A stretch of 64,000 nt of DNA from an uncultured Armatimonadia bacterium. Its GTDB lineage: Bacteria; Armatimonadota; Zipacnadia; CAVVLO01. Location: positions 64,001-128,000 of the forward strand of contig CAVVLO010000001.1 of NCBI GenBank assembly GCA_963749155.1. The letters are read 5' to 3'. The notes under the pieces were generated by a model, which made no database searches, was not told the origin of the DNA, and worked only from the letters and a program-made list of their open reading frames with translations. This document shows, piece by piece, positions 20,110-31,474 of this stretch (position 1 is the first letter of the stretch; every line of letters starts with the position of its first letter). The position numbers and the translations under genes were made by a program.

Positions 20110-20113
20110 TAGC

Positions 20114-20740
20114 TTGCAGCTCCTTGTAATCCGCCACGGCGAATCCGAAGGCAACAAATTGCATCTTATCCAGGGGTGGAAGGAATATCCTCTCTCGCCC
20201 CTGGGCCTGGCTCAGGCAGAGCGCACCGCCAGGAGGCTTGCCCCCCTCGGGCCGATGCCTGTCTATTCGAGCGACCTTGGCCGGGCTCGCCAGACGGCCG
20301 AACTGATTGCTGCCGGTTGGGGGGGTGAAGTTATCTCCGATGCCCGTTGGCGCGAACTGGACTGCGGCCAGTACAATGGCGCTTCTCTGGAAGACTATCG
20401 GCGCGATGTAGCGATGCAGAAGGCCTTCCACGACGATCCCTTCAACACCCCAATGCCTGGTGGAGAGTCTTTCTCGGAGGTCACCAGGCGCGTAATGACT
20501 GCCGTGAGCGAGCTAGCGAAGCTCGAAGTGGAACGCCTGGTTGTGGTGACCCACGATGGCCCGCTACGCGCTTTGATTGTCGACACACTGGGCATCCCTG
20601 CGCGCTGCTTCTGGAATCTCGCCACCGATAATTGTGGCATAACTCGCTTCATACTCGGTGGCAAACGCCCCATCGTCCGCACTGTGAATGAGACCGCCCA
20701 CCTGGAAGAGCTGGAAGGGCTTTCGAGAACCTGGCCCTAG
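20114..20740 (+). CDS. histidine phosphatase (phosphoglycerate mutase/CobC-like)
   Basis: RHGES, SSDLGRA, GES and VVTHDG motifs. TTG start. Confidence 0.9.
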   Translation: MQLLVIRHGESEGNKLHLIQGWKEYPLSPLGLAQAERTARRLAPLGPMPVYSSDLGRARQTAELIAAGWGGEVISDARWRELDCGQYNGASLEDYRRDVAMQKAFHDDPFNTPMPGGESFSEVTRRVMTAVSELAKLEVERLVVVTHDGPLRALIVDTLGIPARCFWNLATDNCGITRFILGGKRPIVRTVNETAHLEELEGLSRTWP

Positions 20741-20833
20741 ACTGCCCCTGCGGTCTTCGCCCTTGGCGCCGCAGTGCAGGACTTATCTCCATGACCGCCA
20801 AACTCCGGCCACTAGCAAATCGGATGTGATGAG

Positions 20834-23800
20834 ATGAGACAGTGTTTACTGGGGCTCTGCGCCTTGCTTCTAATGCTCTCAGGCCAGGTGATGGCGATGG
20901 AATCGCTGTGGCAGATTGGTGTTTTCGACCAGAATTATGACGAGTTCGCCTGCGCGCGCAACTATGGGGCCTTTCCAGCGACCTTTCCCCAGGATTTGCG
21001 TTATGTGGTGGGGCAGTCTAAGCCTGGCCAGGACTGGAGCTTCATCCAGCCTGGGCCGGCTGATGCGTGGGCAGGCGGCAGAGAACACCCCTTCGTGGTG
21101 CAGTTCTCCCTCGAGGCCGTCCCAACCACCCCTCTGAAACTGGTCATCTCGATGGTGGACGCCCATTATGGCGCCTCGGTGCCGTTGCATATCCGCCTGA
21201 ACGAAGCGGAAGGCACTTTCCAATTGCCTGTTGGGAAAAGCGATGCCAGTCTCACCGATCCGGCCGCTGGGGTGCAGCCCCAGCTCAGTTTTCTGGTGCC
21301 CGAGGGAGTGCTTAAGACAGGGACAAAACACGCTGACGCTCATCTCGCAGGGCTCCTGGATTCTCTACGATGCCCTCGCCTTGCAACTTGCGCCCGAGGA
21401 AGCTGGCAAGCAGAGCTCTCTTGCTAATCTGAATATCCAGCCGACCCCTTTGCTCAAGCGGCAACAGGGGCAAGAAGCACTGCTTCAGATTGTAAGAGCG
21501 CGCGTTGATGTTTCCGGTCAGCCAGGCAAGATTACTTTCGAAGTGGCAGGGCCCGACTGGAAGAAAACTTTCGAGGCTACCTGCCAGCTGGCGATTGGCA
21601 CTTTCACCACTGACTTGCTGCTGCCAGAGCGCAAGGCCTCCGAGCAGGTTACAGTCACTGCCAGGATGGGTCAGAGTATCGCAAGCGCAGAGGTTACTCT
21701 GGCACCTGTAAAGCGCTGGCATATCTTCCTGGCTACTTCGGCCCACACCGATATCGGCTACACCGACCGCCAGGACCGGGTCGAACTGGTACACGATTAC
21801 AATACCGAACTGGCGCTGCTTCAGGTGGAGGAGTACCCGGCCTTCGCCTGGACACTGGAAACGAGCTGGCAGGCTGAGAACTTCGCCCGCAAGTATCCAC
21901 TAGCCGAGGTAGAGAAGCTCTATCAAGCTATGCGAGACGGCCGCCTAGGCCTGAACGCAGGCTATCTCAATATGCTGACAGGCCTTTGCAGCCATGAAGA
22001 ACTCAATCGCTGGCTCTATTATTCGGCCTCGCTACATCGTAAATATGGTGTGCCCTTCGAGTTCGCAAGCACGACCGATGTGCCCTCTCAGGTGTGGAGT
22101 ATACCAACTACCCTCGTGGCGGCCGGCGTGAAGTATTATGCCTGCGGTATCAACAGTTACAGAGGTCCCTTCGGCGCCTATTGGTCAGGTCACCCCTACT
22201 GGTGGGAAGGTCCTGATGGTTCGAAGGTCCTGGCTTATTTTGCGCCAGGTTATGCCCATGCGATGTCGATGCTTTCCACCCGAGAGCAGTTGCTGGGCTG
22301 GATGATTGCCGCCACTAACCGAGGCGCCGACTTCCCCTGGGATGCCCTTTATGCCTATGGGGGTATCTCGGACAATATGCGACTGCCCGAAAGCTACGCC
22401 AGCGTTGCCCAGTGGTGGGCGGACGAATACGAATATCCCAAGCTCCACATTGGCCCGAGCGAGGACTACTTCCATTATATGGAGGCCAATTGGGGCGATA
22501 CTCTCCCTGCTATCAAGGGCGACGCCGGCGTTTATTGGGAGGACGGCGCTGCCTCCTCCGCCTTCGAGACGGCAATCAACCGCAATGCCCACGAGTTGGC
22601 CTCCCACGCTGATTCCCTGTTCGCCGTGACGCGCACTCAAGAGGAATATCGCCCGCCGAAGCAGCGCGAGCTATATAACCTGTGGAAAGACATCCTGCTT
22701 TTCGATGAGCATACCTGGGGGGCCGCAGGAAGCATATCGGATCCCGACGGCGCGCAGACTCGAGAGCAATGGGAAGTGAAGGCCGACTTCGCCGAGCGCG
22801 CCCGGGACGTTTCCGAGCTCCTCGCCGAGGAGGGGATGCAGCGGCTTGCAGCGCAGATCGGCACTGCCGGCCCCTCGGTTGTAGTCTTCAACGGCACCGG
22901 CTGGGAGCGGAAGGCTACTTTCGTCTCGATGCCCACGCTTGTTGGTCATATACCGGCCGATCCAGTCACCGGTAAGCCGCTGCCCACAGTGCAGGACAGC
23001 AGCCAGTTGCTGTTCCGGGTGCCGTTCATCCCGGCCTGGGGATATGTGAGTTTGCCCCTTATCGGGGGCCAGCCGGTCAAGGCAGAGGACGTCGCGCTCT
23101 CTGGCGAGCCAGTGCTTGAGAACGCCCGTTATCGCGCCGAATTCGATACCAAGACCGGGGCTATCAGCAGCCTGCTGGATAAGGCCACAGGACGAGAATT
23201 GGCCGATCCCGAGGCGCCTTACGGACTTGGAGAGTATCTCTATGTCTCCGGTGGAGACGATACGGATATGATTTTCCCCGGTACAGGACGCGCGCCCGAA
23301 CCTGACAGTGCATCAGCCGGAAGGCGCGCGCTTCCAACTGCAGCGACTGCCTGGCCTGGGCATCCGGATGGTCGTCACGGCGAGCTGTGAGAAGACGCCA
23401 GAGCTGGTTTCAACCTGGACCTTATGGGACGACAGCCCCCGCGTAGACCTCGAAGTGGCTCTGAACAAGCAGTCCGAGCGCCGGAAGGAGGCCGTCTATG
23501 TGGCCTTCCCCTTCAACGCGACCGACCCAACCGTGCGTCTGGAGCTGCCAAATGGAGTAGTAGATGCCGGCAAGGATATGCTGCCCAGCGCCTGCCTCGA
23601 GTGGTTCTCGCCCCAGCATTGGGTGCGCGTGGCAGGCAACGACGCTCGCCTCGCCTGGACCAGCCTGGATGCACCGCTGGTGACGCTGGAAACCATAAAC
23701 GAGGGACGCTGGCCGAAAGAGTTAAAAATCGAGCAAGGCTGGATTTTCAGCTATCCGATGAACAACTACTGGCCGACCAACTACAAGGCTGACCAGGGCG

Positions 23801-24201
23801 GTCGAATGTGCTTCCGCTACAGCTTCGACCCGACGGCGGGCGGGAGTGACGCGGACGCGGCGCGTTTTGGCTGGCAGGCACAGAGCCCAGTCCTCGCGTA
23901 TGCCGGGGCTTCTGGGCAATCTGGTGGACTACCGCAACAGGGCAGCTTCATTAAGCTAGACCGCGATGATGTCGTCGTGACCGCTGTCAAGGCGCCTGAA
24001 GAAGGTCGCGGCCTTATCGTGCGGCTGTGGTCGCTAGCCCCCAGGGAAGTGACTGTGCGCGTCAAGGCGCCGCTCTTCGACTGGCGGACGGCTACTCTCT
24101 GCAACCTGGTGGAAGCTCCGCTCGGATCGCTTGAGGTGGACTCAGGCGCGGCGGTGGTTAAGCTCTCTCCCCAGCGCCCGACGACGATCAGGCTGGAATA
24201 A
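20834..24201 (+). CDS. secreted GH38 alpha-mannosidase-like protein with N-terminal polysaccharide-lyase-4-like CBM, interrupted by two +1 frameshifts (~21325, ~23296)
   Basis: Three overlapping ORFs give one continuous protein: SAHTDIGYTD, PYWWEGPDGSKVL, FDEHTWG, MNNYWPTNY, VKAPEEGRGLIVRL. Confidence 0.8.
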
Positions 24202-24215
24202 CGCGGCCAAGTTTT

Positions 24216-24248
24216 AGAAACTGGGCGGGTCTCAGGCCCGCCCCTACA
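24216..24248 (-). repeat. REP element (GTAG family), left flank
   Basis: AGAAACTGGGCGGGTCTCAGGCCCGCCCCTACA, 32/33 identical to 24889-24921. Confidence 0.9.
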
Positions 24249-24286
24249 GGAATAAACTGTCCCAGCAGAGCACGGGAGGAAGCTTT

Positions 24287-24838
24287 CTGAGGTACGATCC
24301 TTTCCAGCACGACAGGCACTCGATTAGGCTGAAGGGCTACGATTATCGTGGCCAAGCGGTCTACTTCGTTACTTCCGTTTCGATGGGACGCGAGTGTCTT
24401 TTCGGCGAGGTCCTTGGCGGCAGGATGCGATTGAATGCCCAGGGTGAGCTAGTGAAGCAGGTATGGGAGGAACTCCCGCACCATTATGTCGGGGTGGCGC
24501 TAGACGCCTTCGTTGTAATGCCTAACCACATACACGGGCTAGTTGCGCTCGAAGCCCCTGTAGGGGCGGGTCTGAGACCCGCCCAGCCTTTAAGGGACGA
24601 CCAGTCTCCAGGCGAAGGCTTGCCCGAAGTGATGCGGGCGTTCAAGTCCTTCTCAGCCAGGCGCATAAACGAGTCAAGAGATAATCCAGGCGCGGCGGTC
24701 TGGCAACGCGGGTATTTCGATCACATCGTGCGTGACAGGTCTTCCCTGGTTACGCTGAGGTACTATATCAAGGCTAACCCATCGAACTGGGCCGAAGACG
24801 AAGAAAACCCAGGCCGGATTGGCATGATTGAGTGCTAG
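24287..24838 (+). mobile_element. REP-associated tyrosine transposase (RAYT/TnpA-REP)
   Basis: YDPFQHDRHSIRLKGYDY, YFVT, HuH motif MPNHIHG, WQRGYFDHIVR and catalytic YIKANP. Apparent CTG start after GGGAGGA. Confidence 0.92.
24559..24586 (+). repeat. REP element inside the RAYT coding sequence
   Basis: TGTAGGGGCGGGTCTGAGACCCGCCCAG, inverse of the flanking copies. Confidence 0.9.
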
Positions 24839-24888
24839 AAGAGCGGATTCTGGGCTTCAGAGAACCCACCTGGTAGAAATATGGACAG

Positions 24889-24921
24889 AGAAACTGGGCG
24901 GGTCTCAGACCCGCCCCTACA
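24889..24921 (-). repeat. REP element, right flank
   Basis: AGAAACTGGGCGGGTCTCAGACCCGCCCCTACA. Confidence 0.9.
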
Positions 24922-24989
24922 CAAGAATGTCCAGGCAGGGGGAGACTTCCCCCTGCGTTGTTTGGATGTAACTAAGTCAGGAGGACCAA

Positions 24990-25316
24990 ATGGCAAAGGT
25001 AGAACAAACAATCAAGGCGGGCATCTGTGGATTTACGACTAAGCTGGCCGCCAGCTCTGATGACGGCGAGACGGTAAAGTTCGAAGTGGAGAGCGATTGC
25101 CCCAACATAAAGGCTTTGGCCGAGGCGCTGCCGGAGCTTGATGCTTATGGCGAACTGGCCGCAGGCTATGAGGGAGAGCTCTGGACTGCGGCGAAGTCGA
25201 GTGTCACGAAGTGCTGTGTGGGCTGCGTGGTGCCAGTGGGGCTTTATAAGGCGATGCAGGTAGCCGCCGGCCTCGCGCTGCCCGCCGATGTAAGTCTTAG
25301 CTTCCAGAAAAAGTAA
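24990..25316 (+). CDS. small Cys-containing conserved protein (DUF6951-like)
   Basis: AGGAGG RBS. AGICGFTT, ESDCPNI, GCVVPVGLYKA. Confidence 0.75.
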   Translation: MAKVEQTIKAGICGFTTKLAASSDDGETVKFEVESDCPNIKALAEALPELDAYGELAAGYEGELWTAAKSSVTKCCVGCVVPVGLYKAMQVAAGLALPADVSLSFQKK

Positions 25317-25332
25317 GCCACTGGGAGAAGCA

Positions 25333-27856
25333 ATGAAAATCGCTCTCGCCCAGGCGATATTACTTGTCGCACTAGCCGGGTTTGCCTGGCCGGCCGAGTT
25401 GCCCTGGAGCCAAACCACCTTCGACGCTAATGAGGGCTGGGAGTGGACCTTGGCAGAGGACATATCGCCGCTGCTTTCCATTGGCGCCCACTACATCACC
25501 CTGCCGGCTGACGAAGCCAACTGGGAAGAAGGGCTGGCGGCGCTACGCAAGTGGCGGGACGACTCTCGCAAGACGGCTCACTCGCTGGAAGGCAAAGTCC
25601 TCAGCGCGCACTATGACGGTGTCAGGGCATGGATTAGACTCAATCGCGAGGCCGCCTGGGCCGCCGACTTGCAGCCTGGCGAACGACTAATCCTGCGGGG
25701 AGAAGCGCGCTGGGTAGAAGGCCCTATGGAACTGCTTGCGGCCTTCGACTACTGCGATCGCTCTACCGAATCGAGAGGGCAGCAGCAAAGTTGGTCGACA
25801 ACTCAGGCCACGGCCAAGCTCCTCCCCGATGGAGAGTGGCATGACTTCGAGCTGACCGGGACAGTGCCCGCCTTCGACACCAACCGCCATTGGGTGCGGC
25901 CAATCTTCGGTTTCGATGCGACCTGGGATCCTGCTCCCGGTCAGGCTCAGTTACGTAATCTGCGGCTGGAAGTGCCTGATGCGCCAGGCAGGCAGCTTCC
26001 CGTGGTGGAAACGCCGACGCCCGGCTTCGATGATGCCCTCTACACCCGGCCCGACCTGGTATGGAGCCAGCGTAACTTTGTCTGTGGCTTCTTGATGGTC
26101 TGGGACGAGGCGCTCTGGGACACCGCCGGCAGCCGCTGGCGGGTGGAAGAGGTGCTGGAAGAAGCCCAGCGAGAGTTTGGCGGCTGGGATTCTGTGGTGC
26201 TGTGGCCAGCTTATCCGCGAATCGGCGCCGACCAGCGCAACCAGTTCGACTTCTGCCGCGACCTGCCGGGCGGTCTTGCAGGGCTTCGCGAGGTAGTTGG
26301 GCGCTTTCACACCGCGGGGGTGAAGGTCTTCCTCCCGTACAACCCCTGGGACACCGGCACCAGGCGCGAACCAGTCAGCGATGAAACCGCTCTGGCTCAG
26401 CTCGCGGCCGCCACCGAATTGCGATGGATTATTTCTGGACACGATGCTGCAGGCGCCTCCGGGGCTGCGCGAAGAAGTTGACGACGCCAGGCTGGGGGTC
26501 GTCTTCGAGCCGGAGGGCTGGGTCACCCTCGAGGAGCAGGAGCGCTGCACCTCTTCCTGGGCCCAGTGGGCGCCCGAGCCTGGCGTCTTGCGCAGCAAGT
26601 GGCTAGAGCAGCGCCATATGCAGCACGCTATCCTGCGCTGGAATGCCTCTCACCAGGACGAGCTTGCCTCTGCGTGGCTGAACGGTAGCGGCGTGCTGGT
26701 GTGGGAGAATATCTTCGGCGCGTGGAATCCGTGGCGCGCCGAGGATCGAGCAACACTGAGACGGATGGCCCCCGTATGGCGCCAGTTTGCTTCTCTGCTG
26801 GCCGATGGAGAGTGGCTGCCGTGCGTGCCGACGGGCTCCTCTTCCCTCCAGGCGACTCTCTGGCAGGCTCCCGGAAGGCGCCTGTGGTGCTTTGAAAGGA
26901 AAGGCGAGGGGGGCGAACTGGTGGTTAGGCTCTCCGGAGAACGCCTTTTCGACCTGTGGACTGGTCAGGAGCTACTTGAAAGTGGCACGACACGCGAGGT
27001 CAGCTTGCCCTGTACAGGTCACCTCGGGGCGGTTCTCGCCGTTGTACCGGAGCAGGTCACGCCTGAGCTTTATGGCCTGCTGCGTCACCAGCGCGCTGAA
27101 ACCAAGCGGTTGGTGCCTGCACCGGAGCAGGATACCCATGTTCAAGCTCTGCCCTTGACTGAGGCAAAGTCTGCACCCGAGGTCACTGATCCACCGCGCT
27201 CCACCGAGGGGATGCTGCCGCTCACGGGCGGGCGCTTCCACTTCGACCTCGCCCATGTGCGGCGCGAGTGTGGTTGCTATCCCGATCCAGGCACGCCTGA
27301 AAACGACGCTTGGCCACGGTTCCTTGGTGGGTGGGACTTTCTGGGGACACTGGAGCACCACCTGGATATGGACGTTGCGCCGGGCCTGATAGATGCCAAG
27401 CCGATTACCAACGGGCAGTTCGAGATTTTTCTGGCCGCAACGGGCTATCAGCCAGAAGACAAGACCAACTTCCTCAAACACTGGAGCGGGCCAAGGTGCC
27501 CGGAGGCACTGCGAGACCAGCCGGTGGTCTATGTGGACCTTACCGATGCGCGCGCCTGCGCCGCCTGGGCAGGCAAACGACTGCCGACCGAGTGGGAATG
27601 GCAGCGAGGGGCGGAGGAGCACCCTGGCGACTTCCAGTACGGCCAGGTGTGGGAGTGGACCGAGTCCGAACGCGACGATGGCCACAACCGCTTTGTGATG
27701 GTGCGCGGCGGCTGCGAGTGGCGCGCCGAAGGGTCCATCTGGTACTTCCCAACAGGCCTTCAGCCAGTGAACTCGCATGCCAAGTTTCTGTTGATGTATC
27801 CGGGCTATGACCGCTGTGCGACGATTGGTTTCCGCTGTGTTTCTCCTCTGAGGTGA
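25333..27856 (+). CDS. secreted FGE-sulfatase (SUMF1/EgtB-like) domain protein with hydrolase-like middle domain, +1 frameshift at ~26419
   Basis: Signal peptide. LWPAYPRIG, PYNPWD, DGLFLDT across the join. C-terminal ITNGQF, KRLPTEWEW, VWEWT and IGFRC motifs. Confidence 0.8.
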
Positions 27857-29454
27857 GCTGGATGGACGGACTGCTTGGCTATTGGCCACTTGAGGCGGAC
27901 TGCGAAGACCACTCGGGCGCGGGGCTTCACGGTGTCTCGAACGCCCAAGGCGTTGTAGAGGTGCCCGATTGCCCGGCGCTTGTGCTGGAGCAGGGCGACT
28001 TCACGCTCAGCGCCTGGGTTTGGACCGAGCGCGACCTGACCGGCCCCCTTGGCGACTTCGCTTCCAAGTGGGATGGCAGCGGCAGGCGCGGCTTTACGGC
28101 GGGACTTGGCGGCACAGCGGGCGGCTACAACTCGCTTGGAGATGCCCGTTTCCTCAGATTTGGCGCGGACTCGGGCACTGAACCAACCTGGCAAGACCAC
28201 GGCAGACCGAACCCGGGTTCCAACTACGTGAACTCTCTCACCGCCTTCGAGGGCAGGCTGTATGTTGCCTCATGCGATGCTGTGGACCAATCCGGCTGGC
28301 GGCGCGTTTTCCGTTGGGCAGGCGGCGACTGCTGGGAGGACTGCGGCCAGGTCGGCAGTCGGCGCAACCGAGGCGTCGGCGGGCTGGTCGTCCATCGGGG
28401 GAGCCTGTTCGCCGCCACCTGGAACTACGATTGGACGCGTGTCCACGAAGAACTGCCGCTTGAGGACGATGTGCATGTCTGGCGCTATCTGGGCGGGCAG
28501 GACTGGGAGGACTGCGGCCAGCCAGGCAGCGGGCAGCGACTTTTCTCGCTGGCCTCCTTCGCGGGCGACCTCTATGCTGTGATGGAGGACAGCCAGGTCT
28601 ATCGCTGGCACGGCGACCGGGGTTGGGAGGCTGTCGGCGAGTTGCCGCATTACGGCCATCCGATGGGCGTCCACGAGGGCAGGCTCTATGTTGGCACCAA
28701 CAACCCGGCAGGCGTCTGGGCCTTCGATGGGCGGACCTGGGACTATCTGGGCAACCCGCAGGGCACGGAGGAAGTCTGCAACCAGGTGCACAGCCTGGAA
28801 TCCTGGGATGGCGCCTTGCACGCCACCACCTGGCCCCTCGGTCATGTGATGCGGCTTGAGGGGCGCGACTGGCTCGATTTGGGCAGGCTTGGCGCCACAC
28901 TTGAGATCAACGCCCTGGCTGGGTACAACGGCAAACTTTACGGGGGAAGCATCCCCTTTGGAGAAGTCTTCCGCTTCGATGGCACTGGCAACTGGACGTT
29001 GATGAAGCGTTTCCACGAACCGGCGATTCTGGAGCAAGAACCCCTGAACGACTGGACGCGCGTCACGAGCCTCTCGGTCTTTGCAGGCAGACTGTTCGCG
29101 ACCGTTGCCAGTTGCACCGGGTCGGTGCGCGATGCGCCGCTGGACTATCGGGGGAAAGTCTTCAGCCTCGAGGCCGGCCAGCATGTGGCGCATGATACTG
29201 ACCTTGGACCTGGGTGGAAGTCGCTTGTCTGCGCGCGCCGCGCGGGCAGGCTGGAGGGCTGGGTGGATGGCAAGCTCGTTGCACAAAGCCCCGAAAAAAA
29301 GCCAATTTCACTGGACCTTTCCAACTCTGCCCCGTTGCTGCTTGGGGGTGGTCCGGCCGGCCCCTTCGCGGGCAAGCTGCGCGAGGTACGCCTTTTCAGC
29401 CGCGCGCTGGTTGAGAGTGAGATTGCCCAACTGGCTGGTGAGCGGCCCGGCTAG
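27853..29454 (+). CDS. LamG-like domain protein with inserted beta-propeller
   Basis: LamG halves (GYWPL...FTLSAWV; WVDG...FAGKLREVRLFSRAL) flank repeated xGxLY...W blades. Confidence 0.7.
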   Translation: MSWMDGLLGYWPLEADCEDHSGAGLHGVSNAQGVVEVPDCPALVLEQGDFTLSAWVWTERDLTGPLGDFASKWDGSGRRGFTAGLGGTAGGYNSLGDARFLRFGADSGTEPTWQDHGRPNPGSNYVNSLTAFEGRLYVASCDAVDQSGWRRVFRWAGGDCWEDCGQVGSRRNRGVGGLVVHRGSLFAATWNYDWTRVHEELPLEDDVHVWRYLGGQDWEDCGQPGSGQRLFSLASFAGDLYAVMEDSQVYRWHGDRGWEAVGELPHYGHPMGVHEGRLYVGTNNPAGVWAFDGRTWDYLGNPQGTEEVCNQVHSLESWDGALHATTWPLGHVMRLEGRDWLDLGRLGATLEINALAGYNGKLYGGSIPFGEVFRFDGTGNWTLMKRFHEPAILEQEPLNDWTRVTSLSVFAGRLFATVASCTGSVRDAPLDYRGKVFSLEAGQHVAHDTDLGPGWKSLVCARRAGRLEGWVDGKLVAQSPEKKPISLDLSNSAPLLLGGGPAGPFAGKLREVRLFSRALVESEIAQLAGERPG

Positions 29455-30449
29455 CCCTCAAACTTGGAACTGGCGCCTTCCGGACCTGCGCTGACGATAG
29501 ATTCGGCCAGCCACAGGCTCTGCAGCGCTTCCTGCCCCGAGGCCAGGCGCGTGTCGCGCTCGCCCGTCTCCACCAGTCGCAGGAAGGCCGCAAGCTGCGC
29601 GGCAAAGTAGTCCGATGGCTCCCAGGCGAGCGTCCGAATGTGCCCTGGTGCATCGTGCCAGGTGAAGCCCCACTCGCCCTCCAGCACCAGCGTCCCCTTC
29701 GGCCCGACCAGGCGTTGCGGCTCGCCGCCAGTTCCGAAGTCGCCTTCCTGCCAGGCTGCCGTGTAGGAAAGATAATGCCCCGCCTCGAACCGCGCCAAAG
29801 CCGAGGCCTGGGTCGGTGCGGTTACGACGTCGGAAATCAGGGCCGACTCGGCGAAGAGTGTGGCTGGCTTGCCCAGCACCCAGCAGGCGAAGTCGAAATC
29901 GTGGATGGAGCCGTCCATCACCATCCCGCCGCCGCGCGTCAGGTCCCACATCCAGTTGGCCGGACCCCGGTAGAAATCGCTGCGAGGGCCCCAACTGGAG
30001 CTAACCCAGGTGACCGGCGAGCCAAGCGCGCCCGACTGGACGAGGTGGCGAACTTCTTCTCTTGCGGCTGAGAAACGTCGCATATAGCCGACCGCGAGGG
30101 CCACTCCGGCGCGTTCGACCACTTCCAGGAGGGCCTTCCCCTCGGTTACAGTGCGGCAGAGGGGCTTCTCGGTCAGCAGCTGCTTGCCCGCAAGCGCCGC
30201 CCTGGCAAGCCACTCGCTATGCAGGAAGGTGGGCAGCGCGCAGATGACAGCGTCCACTTCAGGATCGTCGATCACGGCCTGCGGGTTGGCGCTGACTTTT
30301 GGGACGCCAAACTGCGCCGCCAGTGCCTGGGCAACGTCGAGTCTACTATCGCAGAGATGCACGGCCTCAGTCGCAGGATTAGCCGCGATAGCCGCCAGAT
30401 GCGGGGGCACGATACCGCCAGCGCCGAGGATGCCAAAACGCAAGGTCAT
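29451..30449 (-). CDS. Gfo/Idh/MocA oxidoreductase
   Basis: FGILGAGGI, TEKP, GYMRRF, DGSIHDFD. Confidence 0.9.
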   Translation of the reverse strand: MTLRFGILGAGGIVPPHLAAIAANPATEAVHLCDSRLDVAQALAAQFGVPKVSANPQAVIDDPEVDAVICALPTFLHSEWLARAALAGKQLLTEKPLCRTVTEGKALLEVVERAGVALAVGYMRRFSAAREEVRHLVQSGALGSPVTWVSSSWGPRSDFYRGPANWMWDLTRGGGMVMDGSIHDFDFACWVLGKPATLFAESALISDVVTAPTQASALARFEAGHYLSYTAAWQEGDFGTGGEPQRLVGPKGTLVLEGEWGFTWHDAPGHIRTLAWEPSDYFAAQLAAFLRLVETGERDTRLASGQEALQSLWLAESIVSAGPEGASSKFEG

Positions 30450-30453
30450 CTGG

Positions 30454-31119
30454 TCACCCGAGCCTTCGGCTCGCCCAGAGGGCGCAGCGACGCGCCAGCT
30501 CGCAGGCGGCGGGAGAGTCATAAGTCTCCGGCCCATGTCCAAGCGCGTTGTAGACCACCCGCGCAGGGCCATAATCATGCGCCCAGAGCAGCGGGTGTTC
30601 GGCCCCTTCCCACTCACCGACCAGCAGTGGGGTGGGCTGCTCCTCGAAGGCTGGCCAGGTGTAAAGCTCGTCGGTAACTTCGAAATCCGACAGGCCTTCA
30701 GTCAGCGGATGGCGCGCCTCAGTGATGCGCGCTGTGAAGCGACCGTAAGGAGCGTGCGTGGACTGGCCCCACTCCCACCAGCCGCCGAGGATGCGCCTCC
30801 ATTCGGGCCAGTCGTTGAAACAGATGGTCGCGGCGTGCAGGGCAAAAAGTCCCTTGCCGGCGCGGAGGTGCGCGAGGAAGCCCTTGCGCGCAGCCTCGGA
30901 CAGCTCGAAACTGGCGTAATGCCACTCTGACTCCGGCTCGATGACCCACCACACGCCGTTCAGGACGAGTAAATCCACCTCTGGCAGGCCTTGCTCAACT
31001 AGGGCGAAGTCCTCCCGTACCTCGCAGTCGAAACCTGCCGCGTCAAGTTGCTCTATCAGGCGGGCCGAGGTGGTCGGATCTTCATGCGCGACGCCGCCAC
31101 TCAGGATGAGCGCGTTCAT
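30454..31119 (-). CDS. ThuA domain protein
   Basis: LSGGVAH, LHAA, HPLTEGL.DFEVTDELY, YNALGH. Confidence 0.88.
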   Translation of the reverse strand: MNALILSGGVAHEDPTTSARLIEQLDAAGFDCEVREDFALVEQGLPEVDLLVLNGVWWVIEPESEWHYASFELSEAARKGFLAHLRAGKGLFALHAATICFNDWPEWRRILGGWWEWGQSTHAPYGRFTARITEARHPLTEGLSDFEVTDELYTWPAFEEQPTPLLVGEWEGAEHPLLWAHDYGPARVVYNALGHGPETYDSPAACELARRCALWASRRLG

Positions 31120-31450
31120 AAGAAGCCTCCCAGAAAGCTACTGACTTCAATGCCGCCATATTCGGAGAACCAGGGAGGACTCCTGCGACTTTGCGAGGGA
31201 AGCGCAATGTCTGCGAGAGCCAGATTCCCTCGAGAGAAACTTGAAGACGCTTTGTGCACTGAAAACTCCAACGCACACCCCCACCCACCCGGGGGTTGGA
31301 GGATGCAGGAAAAGGGCCAAAAACGCAGGTGTGATGCCATTGGCGCGGAAAATTTACTAAGGTTTTACTCGGCGGGAGGGGGGTGGGCAAGCCGGGAGCG
31401 TCTCAGGCTCAGCCCGGTCCAAGGCCATCTCCGACATTCTGCAATAGGAC

Positions 31451-31474
31451 CAGGGCGGATTCAAACCCGCCCTG
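31451..31474. repeat. REP-like palindrome / terminator
   Basis: CAGGGCGG-ATTCAAAC-CCGCCCTG, same GGGCGG..CCGCCC stem as the RAYT REPs. Confidence 0.5.

Noticed and set aside
21320..23300. Programmed ribosomal frameshifting in the GH38 gene
   Set aside because: No canonical slippery heptamer or stimulator. The same kind of indel recurs in unrelated genes, favouring sequencing error.
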